A stretch of DNA of 64,000 nucleotides from Thermoplasmata archaeon (GCA_049970095.1 JBMFNP010000001.1:18912-82911), one strand, 5' to 3'; shown: positions 38,601 to 48,617, counted from the stretch's first letter. The notes: generated by a model from the sequence alone, not told the origin. Numbers and translations are program-made.

Positions 38601-39377
38601 CCATGGAAACATTCCTCGGGTCTCGTTGAGATAATACATGACTGAAAGTGTGCCAGTGGCGCCCGCAAGGACAATAAGCACAAAGAACGGAATCAAATTC
38701 GGTCCTGAGGAAACAGAAAATGAAGTATCTGGCAAAATTCCATCAACCCCCAGTCGTGTAATATTCACACCACCATGTGCACTCATATCAAAGTCAGAAA
38801 CATTGGTGGTTGCAGACTTCCACTCCTCATTTGTAAAACATCCTCTTGATTTTAAAATATGTAAATTGCCCAGTGGGTCATAGAATGTGAGTGTAAATCT
38901 GACAAAATATGTGCCCTCTGGGGTATTCTTCTGTGTGGCAATTCCCAGTGTTGCATAGTATTGGTTGTATGGCTGATTTGCATAAATGCGCCAATCGCTC
39001 CAGCTCAAAGTTGCTAATAGTTCATCAGATATCCGGAAACGCGGAGGATTCGTAAATTTGCTGTCCACATACCTCCCACTTTCAATTGTCGCATAGAAAT
39101 AGATTTCAATTTGAAGGGTGATGTTATAAACTGGTGTTGAGTAGTAGTTCCGTATTGTGAAGTTTAGAATTCCAGATTCGCCAGGCTTTATGACGGGTGT
39201 GGTGAAGTTGCCAAACAATTTGTTAACATTGCCTGGATTTGTATAATCCACACCAGAGGTTACAGTGTTAGGGGGTGCAAAGGCAACAATGGATAAGAGC
39301 ATTGCACACACAAATACCGTACTTATTCGCATTCTGCTGTAAATTACGGAGGAGGTATTTGAAACTTTACCTGGCAT
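38520..39377 (-). CDS. hypothetical secreted/membrane-anchored protein
   Basis: The internal Met gives a signal peptide (MRISTVFVCAMLLSIVAFA). It has a C-terminal TM (LIPFFVLIVLAGATGTLSVMYYL) and a basic tail. Its 3' end overlaps the geranylgeranyl reductase gene by 81 nt (convergent). Confidence 0.5.
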   Translation of the reverse strand: MPGKVSNTSSVIYSRMRISTVFVCAMLLSIVAFAPPNTVTSGVDYTNPGNVNKLFGNFTTPVIKPGESGILNFTIRNYYSTPVYNITLQIEIYFYATIESGRYVDSKFTNPPRFRISDELLATLSWSDWRIYANQPYNQYYATLGIATQKNTPEGTYFVRFTLTFYDPLGNLHILKSRGCFTNEEWKSATTNVSDFDMSAHGGVNITRLGVDGILPDTSFSVSSGPNLIPFFVLIVLAGATGTLSVMYYLNETRGMFPWLEHITYRWKGKFYQLRALFKHRLKKK

Positions 39378-39431
39378 TCACTCCCAAAAATTTATATTCG
39401 GGAAGGAAATAGTGGTAAGCGAGGTCAGAAC

Positions 39432-40490
39432 ATGGTGGATATTGATGATGTAGCAGAGATGAGGCGGATTGATAAAAGCGGATTGCTTACCCTCACAGAG
39501 CATTTCCCAGAACAGTTGGAAGAGGCGGGAAATATTGCAAGGAAGGCGCTCCAGGATTTCAATTTTAGGCCAAAAAATATTGTAATCTGCGGAATGGGGG
39601 GTTCAGCAATAGGGGGGGATATTGTAGCCACATGGGCTCTTGATAAGGCAGAGATTCCGATTTTTGTGGTGAGGGATTACTTTATTCCAGCATTCTCAGA
39701 TGAACACACCCTCGTCATTGCTGCCAGTTATTCTGGGAATACGGAAGAGACGATTTCAGCGTTCAATGATGCGCTGGCGAAGAGAGCAAAAATCGTAAGT
39801 ATTTCCTCTGGTGGAATTCTGGAAAAAATCTCAGTTGCCAATGGGGTGCCTCACATAAAAATTCCATCTGGAATGCCTCCAAGGGGTGCAACTGCATACA
39901 TGCTTGTTCCACAACTCCTTGTTCTGGGTGCGGTGGCTAATCTGGATGTTGAAAGAGAACTTGAGGAAAGTATAGATGTGTGCAGAAGAGAGAGAGAAAA
40001 TTTGAAGGCAGACACACCATTAGAGATAAATCTGTCAAAGAGGATTGCAAAGAAACTCATTGGATCAATTCCTAACATATTTGGAATGGGAATATCTGCG
40101 CCCATCGCAAAGAGATGGAGGACACAATTAAATGAGAACTCAAAGATAATTGCAAGGGAAGATGTGTTCCCGGAGATGAATCACAATGACACTGTTGGAT
40201 GGAGTGGTGACCCGAAACCAGAGAGATTCACAGCAGTGCTACTCCGCCATAAACAGGAATTTGAGCGAAATAGGATGCGCATTGAACTCACAAAGAATCT
40301 TGTGTTGAACAGGGCAAAAGAAATTATTGAGGTATGGGGGGAAGGGGAGACAGACCTCTCAAAGATGCTCTCGCTTATGTATGTAGGTGACTTTGTAAGC
40401 ATATATATCGCGATGCTGAGAGATATTGACCCAACTCCTGTTCCTGTAATAGAAAACCTCAAAAAACTTTTGGCAGAAAAAAAGGAGTGA
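39432..40490 (+). CDS. bifunctional phosphoglucose/phosphomannose isomerase (archaeal SIS-domain PGI/PMI)
   Basis: 352 aa. CGMGGSAIGGDIV SIS motif and the characteristic size of archaeal bifunctional PGI/PMI. Confidence 0.8.
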   Translation: MVDIDDVAEMRRIDKSGLLTLTEHFPEQLEEAGNIARKALQDFNFRPKNIVICGMGGSAIGGDIVATWALDKAEIPIFVVRDYFIPAFSDEHTLVIAASYSGNTEETISAFNDALAKRAKIVSISSGGILEKISVANGVPHIKIPSGMPPRGATAYMLVPQLLVLGAVANLDVERELEESIDVCRRERENLKADTPLEINLSKRIAKKLIGSIPNIFGMGISAPIAKRWRTQLNENSKIIAREDVFPEMNHNDTVGWSGDPKPERFTAVLLRHKQEFERNRMRIELTKNLVLNRAKEIIEVWGEGETDLSKMLSLMYVGDFVSIYIAMLRDIDPTPVPVIENLKKLLAEKKE

Positions 40491-40548
40491 ACCCCCTGCT
40501 GCAATTACAGAAATAAGAGGTGCAGGTTGTAAGGTGGAAGAAGTGAGT

Positions 40549-40678
40549 GGGAAACCCTAACTTTGGTTTCTAATAATCTCAGCCAGGAAACCGAGAGCCT
40601 GCCAGATAGTAATGGTAAGACCTAAGTCCAAAATTTTGAATTTTCAAACAAAACTTATGTTTCTCGGTGCTGGCAAGG
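40549..40678 (+). repeat. copy A of a ~135-bp element, inverted relative to copy B at 62974..63111; contains palindrome TTTGAATTTTCAAA (40635..40648)
   Basis: gggaaaccctaactttggtt…tctaataatctcagccaggaaaccgagagcctgccagatagtaatggtaagacctaagtccaaaattttgaattttcaaacaaaactt… is nearly identical to the reverse complement of 62974..63111. Differences are one 12-nt indel plus about 3 substitutions. Confidence 0.85.
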
Positions 40679-40949
40679 GGGTTTCTGGGAATTGCCAGGC
40701 ATATGACAGCGTGGGTGGGAACTACTGGTATTACGGTACAGGTACAGCAAAGGAAGGAAACTACTGGAGCAACTGGGATGGGAGTGGGTGGGGCACATCA
40801 AGTGCATATCCAATAGATGGGGTGCAGGTGCAAGCGATTACTATCCGCTATCAGATCCAGTAGTAAGCGAATTTTCTGGGATAACCGCAATTGCATTTTG
40901 CATTGGAATCCTAATGATTGCGATGGCACGAAAACGGAAAAAGAGGTAA
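40657..40949 (+). pseudogene. 3' remnant of a NosD-like right-handed beta-helix surface-protein gene with archaeosortase-type (PEF/PGF-like) C-terminal anchor; disrupted by a -1 frameshift near 40833 and lacking its 5' part
   Basis: Frame 1 reads …GNYWYYGTGTAKEGNYWSNWDGSGWGTSSAYPIDGVQVQ, the NosD-family C-terminal NYWS-NYDG-DGIGD-PY-I signature. The -1 frame continues SDYYPLSDPVVSEFSGITAIAFCIGILMIAMARKRKKR* (D-YPL motif, TM helix, Arg/Lys tail). The called ORF 40612..40863 starts inside repeat A. Confidence 0.55.
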
Positions 40950-41077
40950 AACAGATTTTATTTTTTCATTTTTGTTTTTTGGGGTTAATGTTTTATTCCA
41001 TAACTTCAATATATGAGCGCTATTTTCTGTTTGGGGATGGGAGAATTGTTAAATATTGGATATAGTTAAAACATCGT

Positions 41078-42259
41078 ATGCGAAAAGATAGATTGGTGCT
41101 CGGGCTCTCAATGAATATTATCCTGCTTGGAATTGTGAGTTTTCTCACTGACATGAGTACTGAGATGATTGTGCCCCTACTTCCATTTTTTCTGGTAGGG
41201 CTTGGGGCAACATACTGGTTAATTGGAGTGATCGAGGGTGTGGCAGAGAGCATTAGCAGTTTTCTTAAACTTGCGTTTGGAATTTACTCGGATAAGCTCA
41301 GAAAAAAGAAGGCATTTGTTATTTCTGGCTATTCAATAAGCAATCTTGTAAAACCCCTTCTTGCCCTTGCAACCTCACCCATGCATGTGCTTGCCATCAA
41401 GGTGACTGACCGTATAGGAAAAGGAATAAGAACAACACCTAGAGATGCCCTCATTGCAGATGCATCCAAGGCGCAAGATAGAGGAAAGGCGTTTGGGCTG
41501 CACAGGGCACTTGATACCAGCGGTGCAGTAGTGGGTCCACTCATCGCCCTGATTGTGCTTATTGCCTTCGGGTGTGCTGGTACTCTCAATAACATAGGTA
41601 TCTACCGTGTGATTTTTGCGATTTCCGCAATACCAGGCATTGCTGCAATCCTTGTGCTTTCTTTTGTGAAAGAAAGTAAAAAAATTACAAGAAAAAAATA
41701 CACTCTCTCGCTCTCAAAGTTTCCGAAAAATTTCAGAATTTTTGTGGTTGGCGTGGGAATATTCTCACTTGGAAATTTTAGCATTGCATTTTTCCTTCTG
41801 CGCTCGGAGCAAATACTCTCCATCGGGATCTGTGGAGATGTGGCACTCTATGTATTTATGAACCTCACATATGCCCTTTTATCCTTTCCATTTGGATTGG
41901 TTGCTGACAGAATTGGAAGAAAAAATATTCTGCTATCTGGCTTCATGATATTTTCTATAGTGATGCTTCTGTTTGCATTTGCAAATTCTCTGGCTGTTAT
42001 CATTCTCGGTTTTCTGCTCTTTGGAGTTTTCATGGCAATGACAGATGGAGTGATAAGGGCAATGGGTTCCGTGATGGTCCCACAGGATGTGTGTGGCTCT
42101 GCGCTTGGCATCATTAACCTCATTACAAGTATCACCATCTTCCCTGCGAATTTCATTGCAGGCATTCTCTGGGATGCGTTCGGCTCATGCTTTGCGTTCC
42201 TGCTTAGTGCTTCTCTTGGAATTATTGCCTCGCTCCTTATCGGGCTTTTTGTGCGGTGA
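41078..42259 (+). CDS. MFS transporter
   Basis: 393 aa, 12 predicted TM helices, MFS loop motif (…ATSPMHVLAIKVTDRIGKGIRTTPRDALIAD…). Confidence 0.8.
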   Translation: MRKDRLVLGLSMNIILLGIVSFLTDMSTEMIVPLLPFFLVGLGATYWLIGVIEGVAESISSFLKLAFGIYSDKLRKKKAFVISGYSISNLVKPLLALATSPMHVLAIKVTDRIGKGIRTTPRDALIADASKAQDRGKAFGLHRALDTSGAVVGPLIALIVLIAFGCAGTLNNIGIYRVIFAISAIPGIAAILVLSFVKESKKITRKKYTLSLSKFPKNFRIFVVGVGIFSLGNFSIAFFLLRSEQILSIGICGDVALYVFMNLTYALLSFPFGLVADRIGRKNILLSGFMIFSIVMLLFAFANSLAVIILGFLLFGVFMAMTDGVIRAMGSVMVPQDVCGSALGIINLITSITIFPANFIAGILWDAFGSCFAFLLSASLGIIASLLIGLFVR

Positions 42260-45200
42260 TTTTTGCTCTCTTCTAACACGCTGCAATCTTCCTGGCGCCC
42301 ACCAGTTCCATTTCTTCAGCAAAATCATCATTGAAGGCACAAGATAGATTCTCATTATTGCGGTATCTATTAGAATTCCTGCACAGAGTGCAAATCCGAA
42401 CTGGCGGAGCATTCCCATTCCAGAAATCATCATACTTCCCAGCGCCCCTGCCATAATCAATCCACAGATTGTGATTATACCACCTGTTTTTTCCACGGCA
42501 GTAACAATTGCCTCCTCATCACTCTTACCTTTAGAAACTTCTTCACGAATTCTGGTTGTAAGAAGAATATCATAGTCAAGTCCGAGACCCACGAGCACCA
42601 CAAATAGAATCAGGGGCATGAGCCAGAGCAAGGGCTGTGCAAGAATAATTGAAAATACAAACATTGTGAGGGCAAGTGTCCAGGTAGCGGTCATAAGGGT
42701 GACACCTAGCAATCTGAGGGGAATGATTACTGAACCAAGAACAACTAACAGCACAATATATGCACCCACAAGGACAATCATGACCATGTAAGGAAAGTCT
42801 TTATCCATAACCAATTTTATATCTTGCATACCTGCAGTGCTTCCTGTGAAATAAAATTCTGCGCTTCTGAAACTCTGATAGTTGCCTTTTTCTCTATTCA
42901 CAAGCTCCCTAATTTCATTTATCTTTTTGATTGCGTTTGCGTGGAATGGTTGTTCCTCAAGTACCACAGAAATCAGCAGTGTTTTTGAATTGTTGCCTAT
43001 GTTGGTGTCTATGACTGGTTTATAGAAGGAAAGCGTGTCTGGGTGTGTGTAATTAATGGGCTCTCCAAATGGACGGGTAATGCTGTAAACTTTTGTAATG
43101 CCTCCCAGTTGCTGAATTTTTGCGCAAAGGATCTCAGTGTCATTAAATACTGGCATATTGTATGTGTCCCCAAGTTTCACTGGTTCTGTTAAATTAATCA
43201 CAATATATGTGGGCATGATGTTCCCCTTACCAAAACCTGTGCCCATTGCATCCATTCCTTTTTTGCTTTCTACATCTGGCATCGTTGAAACAAAGTCGTA
43301 GCCTGTTTCAAGTGTGAGAGTGGCATAGACAGCTGGAATTGTTATCAGAAATGCCACAAGCGTTATTGCCTTTGCATGCTTGAGCGAAAATCTAGCAGCA
43401 TACCAGAAATAACTCTTTTTTATGGCACCTCCGAGTTCCAGTTTAACCTTTGATGGCCAGAAAACTCTATCCCCTACTAAAAGAATGATGGATGGGAGTA
43501 AAGTAAGTGCAGCCAGTAAGCCTATTCCAATTCCCACGAATACAATTCCACCTATTGTCTGCACGAGCGGCAGGGAACTTATCGTAAGCGCACCAAACGA
43601 GATCATCACAGTCACCCCACTTGTGGCGATACTTTCGCCAGCCCAGGTAATTGCAGTTCTTACAGACACTTCTTTCGAATGTCCCTTTCGCCTTTCTTCA
43701 CGGTACCTTGAAAGAATGAAAATTGTGTAGTCAGTGCCTGCACCCAGTAACACTGTGAACAGGAATGTGGGTACAATGTAGTAAATCCGAATAAAGAAGG
43801 TTCCAATAATGAAGATAATTGCATCGGCAATGAGAATAACTATACCCACAGCACCCAGTGGAATAAACGGTGCTACTAGTGAAAGGAAGTATATCGCCAT
43901 GAAAAGTATTGCAAACCCAATGGCAAATGAGTCAATATGGGAAACCTCGCCCCATGATGCCTTTGCAATATCATGGGAGAGGGGTACATCTCCTGTGAGG
44001 TAAATGGTGTAGTTGTAATCCTTATTCAAATTTGCAGCAATTTCTCTCAGCACAATCACATTATTGCTCACACTCTCATTTCTTGAATCTTTCAGGAAGG
44101 TAAGTGAGATGATAATTGTTTTGTTATCAGGGCTGATGAATTTGTGAATAATTGCAGGATGAATCTCTATTGGCAGGTTCCATACTCCACATGCTTCAAT
44201 TGTTTCTCTCACAATTGCTCGCAAAATGGATTCATTGTTCGCAGACACAATCCTCTCAATGTATCTATCATCTTTGAGTGGCGTGTGATTTGCTAGATAA
44301 CTGCAACTGAACTTTCTGTACTCAGTGGTGTTCCCATAATTTCTTAAATTGAACCAGTTTGCAAGTTCAAGCATAAATTTCTGTTCCTCTCCTGTGAAAA
44401 CCCTGGTTATGTGTGGAATTAAAAAGCTATCAAGCACCAACTGAGTGCGGTTAGATGTGTCATTGTATGCTGTTGCGTTCAGGTGTGTCCAGTTCTCATA
44501 GAAACTGGTAAGGTATGCAATTGTGGTATTCAGCATTTCCGGGGGTGTGCTCTGCACAACAATTTCATGCATGTAGTCATATGTAAATTTATCAATTACT
44601 GTTCGGTTGTTCCATGTGAACAGATTGAATGCGGTGGAAACATTTTCAAAGAATTCTCTAGTAGTGTTATCTGTGATGTTAGTGATGAATGAGGGTATTG
44701 TGTGATTGAGTGTGTTGAGGAGGCGTTCATATGCATTTCCAGTTGTGTGGTTCCATACATTGAAATACACTCCTGCATACTGTAGAAACATCTCTGTTGC
44801 TCCAGCAGTTGCAATCTCCATGAAAAGCTTGTATGAAAATTGGTCTATTGCTGTGGTGTTTGCATAACTGCTTCTATACCCTGTATCCTGATAATCAAAG
44901 GTTTCATTCAGTTTTGTTAGAAAATCAATGGGAGTTATATTCACATCTGGATATAGCGGTGTGGTTATATTTGCAAATTCCTCAGCCAGCACCACCTGGG
45001 ATGTATTCCCAGCATTCATTGCAGTTTCCTCAAGTGTGGAATAACTGCCAAGCATAATTGACCAATTTTCTGCGAATGCCATTATGTAATGATTTACTGG
45101 CTCAAGAAGCGCCTGCGGAATTTCTTTCGCAAACATCCCTATGTTTTCAAGAATAAGGTTTGTTGTAAAGTTGTTCAGCATTGGTGTGTTGTTCCCTTCA

Positions 45201-46225
45201 ACTATGAGTGGGGGCATGCAAAGATACCATGTATGTACATTCCAGAATTGCATGATCTTCTGGAAAAATTCTTTTTCATCAGTGGTATTGAATGTTAGAT
45301 TTACCCAGTCGTTCAGGGCATTTTGCTCTATAGCTTTCTGGGCTCTGTCTAGTGAAACATTCATATCTTCGCTTGTATTGTGTTCCGCAGCTGAAGCATT
45401 CCAATAACCTGCAAAGAGATTGTAATATGTGTGGAGCATTTCCGTCTCATTTTTACTGAGACCATACTGTGCTGCAACTCCATCAATGTTAGAGGAAATA
45501 AAAGAATATGTGCGGTTATCTTTCTCTTCCACGGTTGATCCAGGTGTCATGTTCCATTCATACACATGCGCTTTGGGAATTGAATATACAAGAGTTGCAG
45601 AGAAGTTTGTGTAATTCCAGAGTTGAGCATATTGCAATGGCATGCCATACAAAAGAAATGCAGATTGTTCTGAGATATTCCAGAGCATCACATAATTTGA
45701 GGGAAAACCGTACAGCATAAACCCTATGGATTGCGCATTACTGGCGGTTGTGTTGAAGTTATCGGGTATTCCGTAAATGAAATTTGCACTTGCATTTACA
45801 TTTGCTTCTAAGGGGGGATAGGCACTCCATACTTCTTCTGAAGATGTGTACAGAATATCTTCTGTAAGTGTGTATACAGATGTTATCTTGTCAAGAAGTG
45901 CAATATTTTCAGATTTCTTAATTCTTTCTGTGAGATTTTCAACAAAATGCTTCGTTTCCTGTGAAGAAACATTATGGTTCTGAATAACAAATACTGCAGA
46001 ACCGTTTGGTACATTACCTGGAAATTCTTTTTGAATAATTCTGTCTGCAACCTTTGACTCAAGGTTCTCTGGAGTAATTTTTGACTCTTCATAGACCAGC
46101 ACATCCCCGTATTTGAGTGCAAAGGGTACTGCTATCAACAGAAAAATTGCCCAGACCACCACTATTTTTTTGTAATTCTTTGACACTTTATTTGCAAGTT
46201 TTCCAAACATGTTTTGGCATATCAA
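42185..46225 (-). CDS. MMPL/RND-superfamily membrane transporter with large glycosylated extracytoplasmic domains
   Basis: 1346 aa. Two TM bundles, each ending in the SSD/MMPL signature (…LLGAGTDYTIFILSRYREE… and …LVGLGLDYDILLTTRIREE…). Asn-rich NxS/T ectodomain. Its 3' end overlaps the MFS gene by 75 nt (convergent). Confidence 0.8.
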   Translation of the reverse strand: MICQNMFGKLANKVSKNYKKIVVVWAIFLLIAVPFALKYGDVLVYEESKITPENLESKVADRIIQKEFPGNVPNGSAVFVIQNHNVSSQETKHFVENLTERIKKSENIALLDKITSVYTLTEDILYTSSEEVWSAYPPLEANVNASANFIYGIPDNFNTTASNAQSIGFMLYGFPSNYVMLWNISEQSAFLLYGMPLQYAQLWNYTNFSATLVYSIPKAHVYEWNMTPGSTVEEKDNRTYSFISSNIDGVAAQYGLSKNETEMLHTYYNLFAGYWNASAAEHNTSEDMNVSLDRAQKAIEQNALNDWVNLTFNTTDEKEFFQKIMQFWNVHTWYLCMPPLIVEGNNTPMLNNFTTNLILENIGMFAKEIPQALLEPVNHYIMAFAENWSIMLGSYSTLEETAMNAGNTSQVVLAEEFANITTPLYPDVNITPIDFLTKLNETFDYQDTGYRSSYANTTAIDQFSYKLFMEIATAGATEMFLQYAGVYFNVWNHTTGNAYERLLNTLNHTIPSFITNITDNTTREFFENVSTAFNLFTWNNRTVIDKFTYDYMHEIVVQSTPPEMLNTTIAYLTSFYENWTHLNATAYNDTSNRTQLVLDSFLIPHITRVFTGEEQKFMLELANWFNLRNYGNTTEYRKFSCSYLANHTPLKDDRYIERIVSANNESILRAIVRETIEACGVWNLPIEIHPAIIHKFISPDNKTIIISLTFLKDSRNESVSNNVIVLREIAANLNKDYNYTIYLTGDVPLSHDIAKASWGEVSHIDSFAIGFAILFMAIYFLSLVAPFIPLGAVGIVILIADAIIFIIGTFFIRIYYIVPTFLFTVLLGAGTDYTIFILSRYREERRKGHSKEVSVRTAITWAGESIATSGVTVMISFGALTISSLPLVQTIGGIVFVGIGIGLLAALTLLPSIILLVGDRVFWPSKVKLELGGAIKKSYFWYAARFSLKHAKAITLVAFLITIPAVYATLTLETGYDFVSTMPDVESKKGMDAMGTGFGKGNIMPTYIVINLTEPVKLGDTYNMPVFNDTEILCAKIQQLGGITKVYSITRPFGEPINYTHPDTLSFYKPVIDTNIGNNSKTLLISVVLEEQPFHANAIKKINEIRELVNREKGNYQSFRSAEFYFTGSTAGMQDIKLVMDKDFPYMVMIVLVGAYIVLLVVLGSVIIPLRLLGVTLMTATWTLALTMFVFSIILAQPLLWLMPLILFVVLVGLGLDYDILLTTRIREEVSKGKSDEEAIVTAVEKTGGIITICGLIMAGALGSMMISGMGMLRQFGFALCAGILIDTAIMRIYLVPSMMILLKKWNWWAPGRLQRVRREQKSPHKKPDKERGNNSKRSTKQERKA

Positions 46226-46304
46226 AAGGACTTTAAATTATTTTCTATTCATCCCTGGTGGATGAGCAAAATCATGATATAAAAGGAGAAAACTAAAAAT
46301 GTTA

Positions 46305-48449
46305 TCAAAATGTTTTTCTATCTGTGGCTATCGGTGAGAAGATGATGCCGGGTGGAGAAGAATGAGAATTGTAATGCTGGAGGAATTCATCCCACTGGGT
46401 TTGGTTTGTGAACACCCCTGATGAAGAATATTCCCCAAGCCAGCTTGCATCCCCATCAGGGAAGAATATACTTATGCCGTGGCAGAAGCTCACGGTCGGT
46501 GTTGCCCTGTAAACCATCACTGTAGAAGAAACTTGGCTCATCACATTTGCTGCTGCACTCTTCAAACTGCTGGAATTTGCATACTTCTGGATGTTCTCTG
46601 CAAACTGGTAGAGGTCAACAGTGTTGTAGCCAGTTGAGTCAAGGATACTCCCGCATGCCTTTCTTGCTTTGGAAATATTTTCATAATCTTTCTGTAGTTC
46701 GCTTGTTAGTGCACTTGCGAAGCTGTTAACGGCACTCACAAGCCCTGGCACCGCTGCAGCATTGTATGCGGCAATTGCCTGCGTTGTGTAACAGGCATCA
46801 TCTACAGGTGTAGCTACATTTATGATAGTAGTTGCCAGGGCACTTCCTGAGATGCTTGGGTTGGATACAATTGCTCCTACAATTCTATTCTGGGGGAACG
46901 TGGATGTCCAGCCAATAGTTTCACTTGCAACTATATAATCCACATATGGATACACCTGCGCGAGCACTTCAATTGCACCCATCAAACAGTCATCAAAATA
47001 GAGCACATCCACATTATGCCCGATGAGTTGCTTCAATGCCTCAACCCCATTAGCAATTTCTGTAAGGTCAAGGTTGTCCCCTCCGTTCGTATCATCCCAG
47101 CAACAACCAAGCCATGACCCACCATGGTCCTCCGGGTTCACCAGATAGTGGTCTGCCTGGAATCTCTGGGCACCCCAGATAAGGAAGTAAATCCAGGTAT
47201 ATCTATCTCCCATGTTAACTTCGCCCAAACTCTGTACTGCATTCTGTGGTGTGGGAGAAAGCCCTTTGGTTACAAAGTACCTGTATGCCCCACTGTTCGC
47301 ATGGTCTATCTGGACTGCGATGCTCACATCCCTTGTTGAGCCTATACTTGCAATATCATTGAAATCCTCAACCATGTAATCATCAAGGTTGTTGTCACCA
47401 TCGTAGTACATCAGCACAGTCCATTTCGCTTTCACCACTGTAAAACTCATGGTGACGCCGTTGTTACTCTCCCCAGTGCCGATATAAGTGCCCGTAGCTT
47501 TGTTCGCTTCACTCACAGCATTCGTTGTATCCACTACTACACGCACTGTATGGGTTCCTGGTGTAGATATAAAGAGAGAGGAAGAAGAGAAGGAGAAAGA
47601 GGCACCCACTGAAAGGCTAGAGGTTGTTTTTGTTCCATAGAGGGTCCCATCTACATAGATTTTGGTGTAAAATGTGGTTGATGCACTGTTATCTCCAGCG
47701 TTCTTTATTTTCGTGTAAACCTTGAACGGCTGTCCAGATGTTATGGTTGTAGTTGTGCTCCCATATGTGTCCACAATCCAGGTACTTTCCACCACAAGGT
47801 CTGGTGCTTTGAACCATACCAGGGTGGATTTTATGTTGTCGTTTTCATTGCTTTCTGGTACACTGTTTGTGGAATCGGCAATTACCATCACATTATGATA
47901 TCCAGGTCCAAGTCTGTTTGTGGTCTTATACACCGTTGTGGAAGTTTCTGGTTCAAGAACATCCACCCAGACAGTTCCAAGAGAGATATTCGTATTCCCG
48001 TATTTGCTCTTGAATTCCACTGAGAAACCTGATGCGGCAACTTCTCCGTAGTTAGTAAGGGTGGCAGTAATTGTAATTGTCTGGTAGGCAGTAGGTGTTG
48101 AGGGCGAGACGGAAATACTTTTTACTACAATATTTGCCGCTCCCCCTGCGGCGTTGATTTCTGGGGGTGTATATTCAGATACCACCTCAGGTAGATTCTC
48201 TACACTCATTTCAAAAGCAGATTCGCCAATCAATTCTGGCGATCCGATGGTCCCTTCCGAGAATTCTTTCAATAGAACTGGATTTTGTTTCACTTCCTTT
48301 TTACTGACATCTGTCCTTATTCCCTTCTCCGAGTTATTCATTCCTGACACTGAAACCGTGAAAACACCAGCTACTAGTACTACCAAGAGCATAGCACATA
48401 TCATTTTTTTAGATTTTTTAGAGTTGAACATTTTATCACCTCCTTTCAC
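46305..48449 (-). CDS. secreted CARDB-domain protein with C-terminal clostripain-like (peptidase C11) cysteine-protease domain
   Basis: Signal peptide, then CARDB-like repeats (…YQTITITATLTNYGEVAASGFSVEFKS…). C11 signatures WTVLMYYDGDNNLDDYM, EDHGGSWLG (catalytic His) and LYFDDCLMGAIEVLAQ (catalytic Cys). Confidence 0.75.
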   Translation of the reverse strand: MKGGDKMFNSKKSKKMICAMLLVVLVAGVFTVSVSGMNNSEKGIRTDVSKKEVKQNPVLLKEFSEGTIGSPELIGESAFEMSVENLPEVVSEYTPPEINAAGGAANIVVKSISVSPSTPTAYQTITITATLTNYGEVAASGFSVEFKSKYGNTNISLGTVWVDVLEPETSTTVYKTTNRLGPGYHNVMVIADSTNSVPESNENDNIKSTLVWFKAPDLVVESTWIVDTYGSTTTTITSGQPFKVYTKIKNAGDNSASTTFYTKIYVDGTLYGTKTTSSLSVGASFSFSSSSLFISTPGTHTVRVVVDTTNAVSEANKATGTYIGTGESNNGVTMSFTVVKAKWTVLMYYDGDNNLDDYMVEDFNDIASIGSTRDVSIAVQIDHANSGAYRYFVTKGLSPTPQNAVQSLGEVNMGDRYTWIYFLIWGAQRFQADHYLVNPEDHGGSWLGCCWDDTNGGDNLDLTEIANGVEALKQLIGHNVDVLYFDDCLMGAIEVLAQVYPYVDYIVASETIGWTSTFPQNRIVGAIVSNPSISGSALATTIINVATPVDDACYTTQAIAAYNAAAVPGLVSAVNSFASALTSELQKDYENISKARKACGSILDSTGYNTVDLYQFAENIQKYANSSSLKSAAANVMSQVSSTVMVYRATPTVSFCHGISIFFPDGDASWLGEYSSSGVFTNQTQWDEFLQHYNSHSSPPGIIFSPIATDRKTF

Positions 48450-48542
48450 TATGTAATATGTGGGTGTGAGTATATATATTTGTTGGGGTAACTACCACAA
48501 CTTTACCATGTAGGTAAAATTGCTATTGTGAAGTGCAAGAAT

Positions 48543-48572
48543 ACCACCACACTACCACCACACTACCACCAT
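48543..48572. repeat. tandem 11-nt repeat (ACCACCACACT x ~2.7) in divergent promoter between C11-peptidase gene and pilin-like operon
   Basis: ataccaccacactaccaccacactaccaccat. A related actaccacaac lies ~50 nt upstream. The TATA-like tttatatata follows. Confidence 0.7.
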
Positions 48573-48606
48573 ATGTTTATATATACGCTTGCAGATATAG
48601 ATTAGT

Positions 48607-48614
48607 GAGGAGGT
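48607..48614 (+). promoter_or_regulatory. Shine-Dalgarno GAGGAGGT 3 nt upstream of ATG 48618
   Basis: gaggaggtaccATG. Confidence 0.7.
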
Positions 48615-48617
48615 ACC

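Noticed and set aside
40612-40863. 83-aa ORF called as a small protein
   Set aside because: Its first 15 codons lie inside the 135-bp repeat and are also present, non-coding, in copy B. The remainder is a C-terminal fragment of a NosD-like protein that continues in the -1 frame. It was reinterpreted as a pseudogene remnant.
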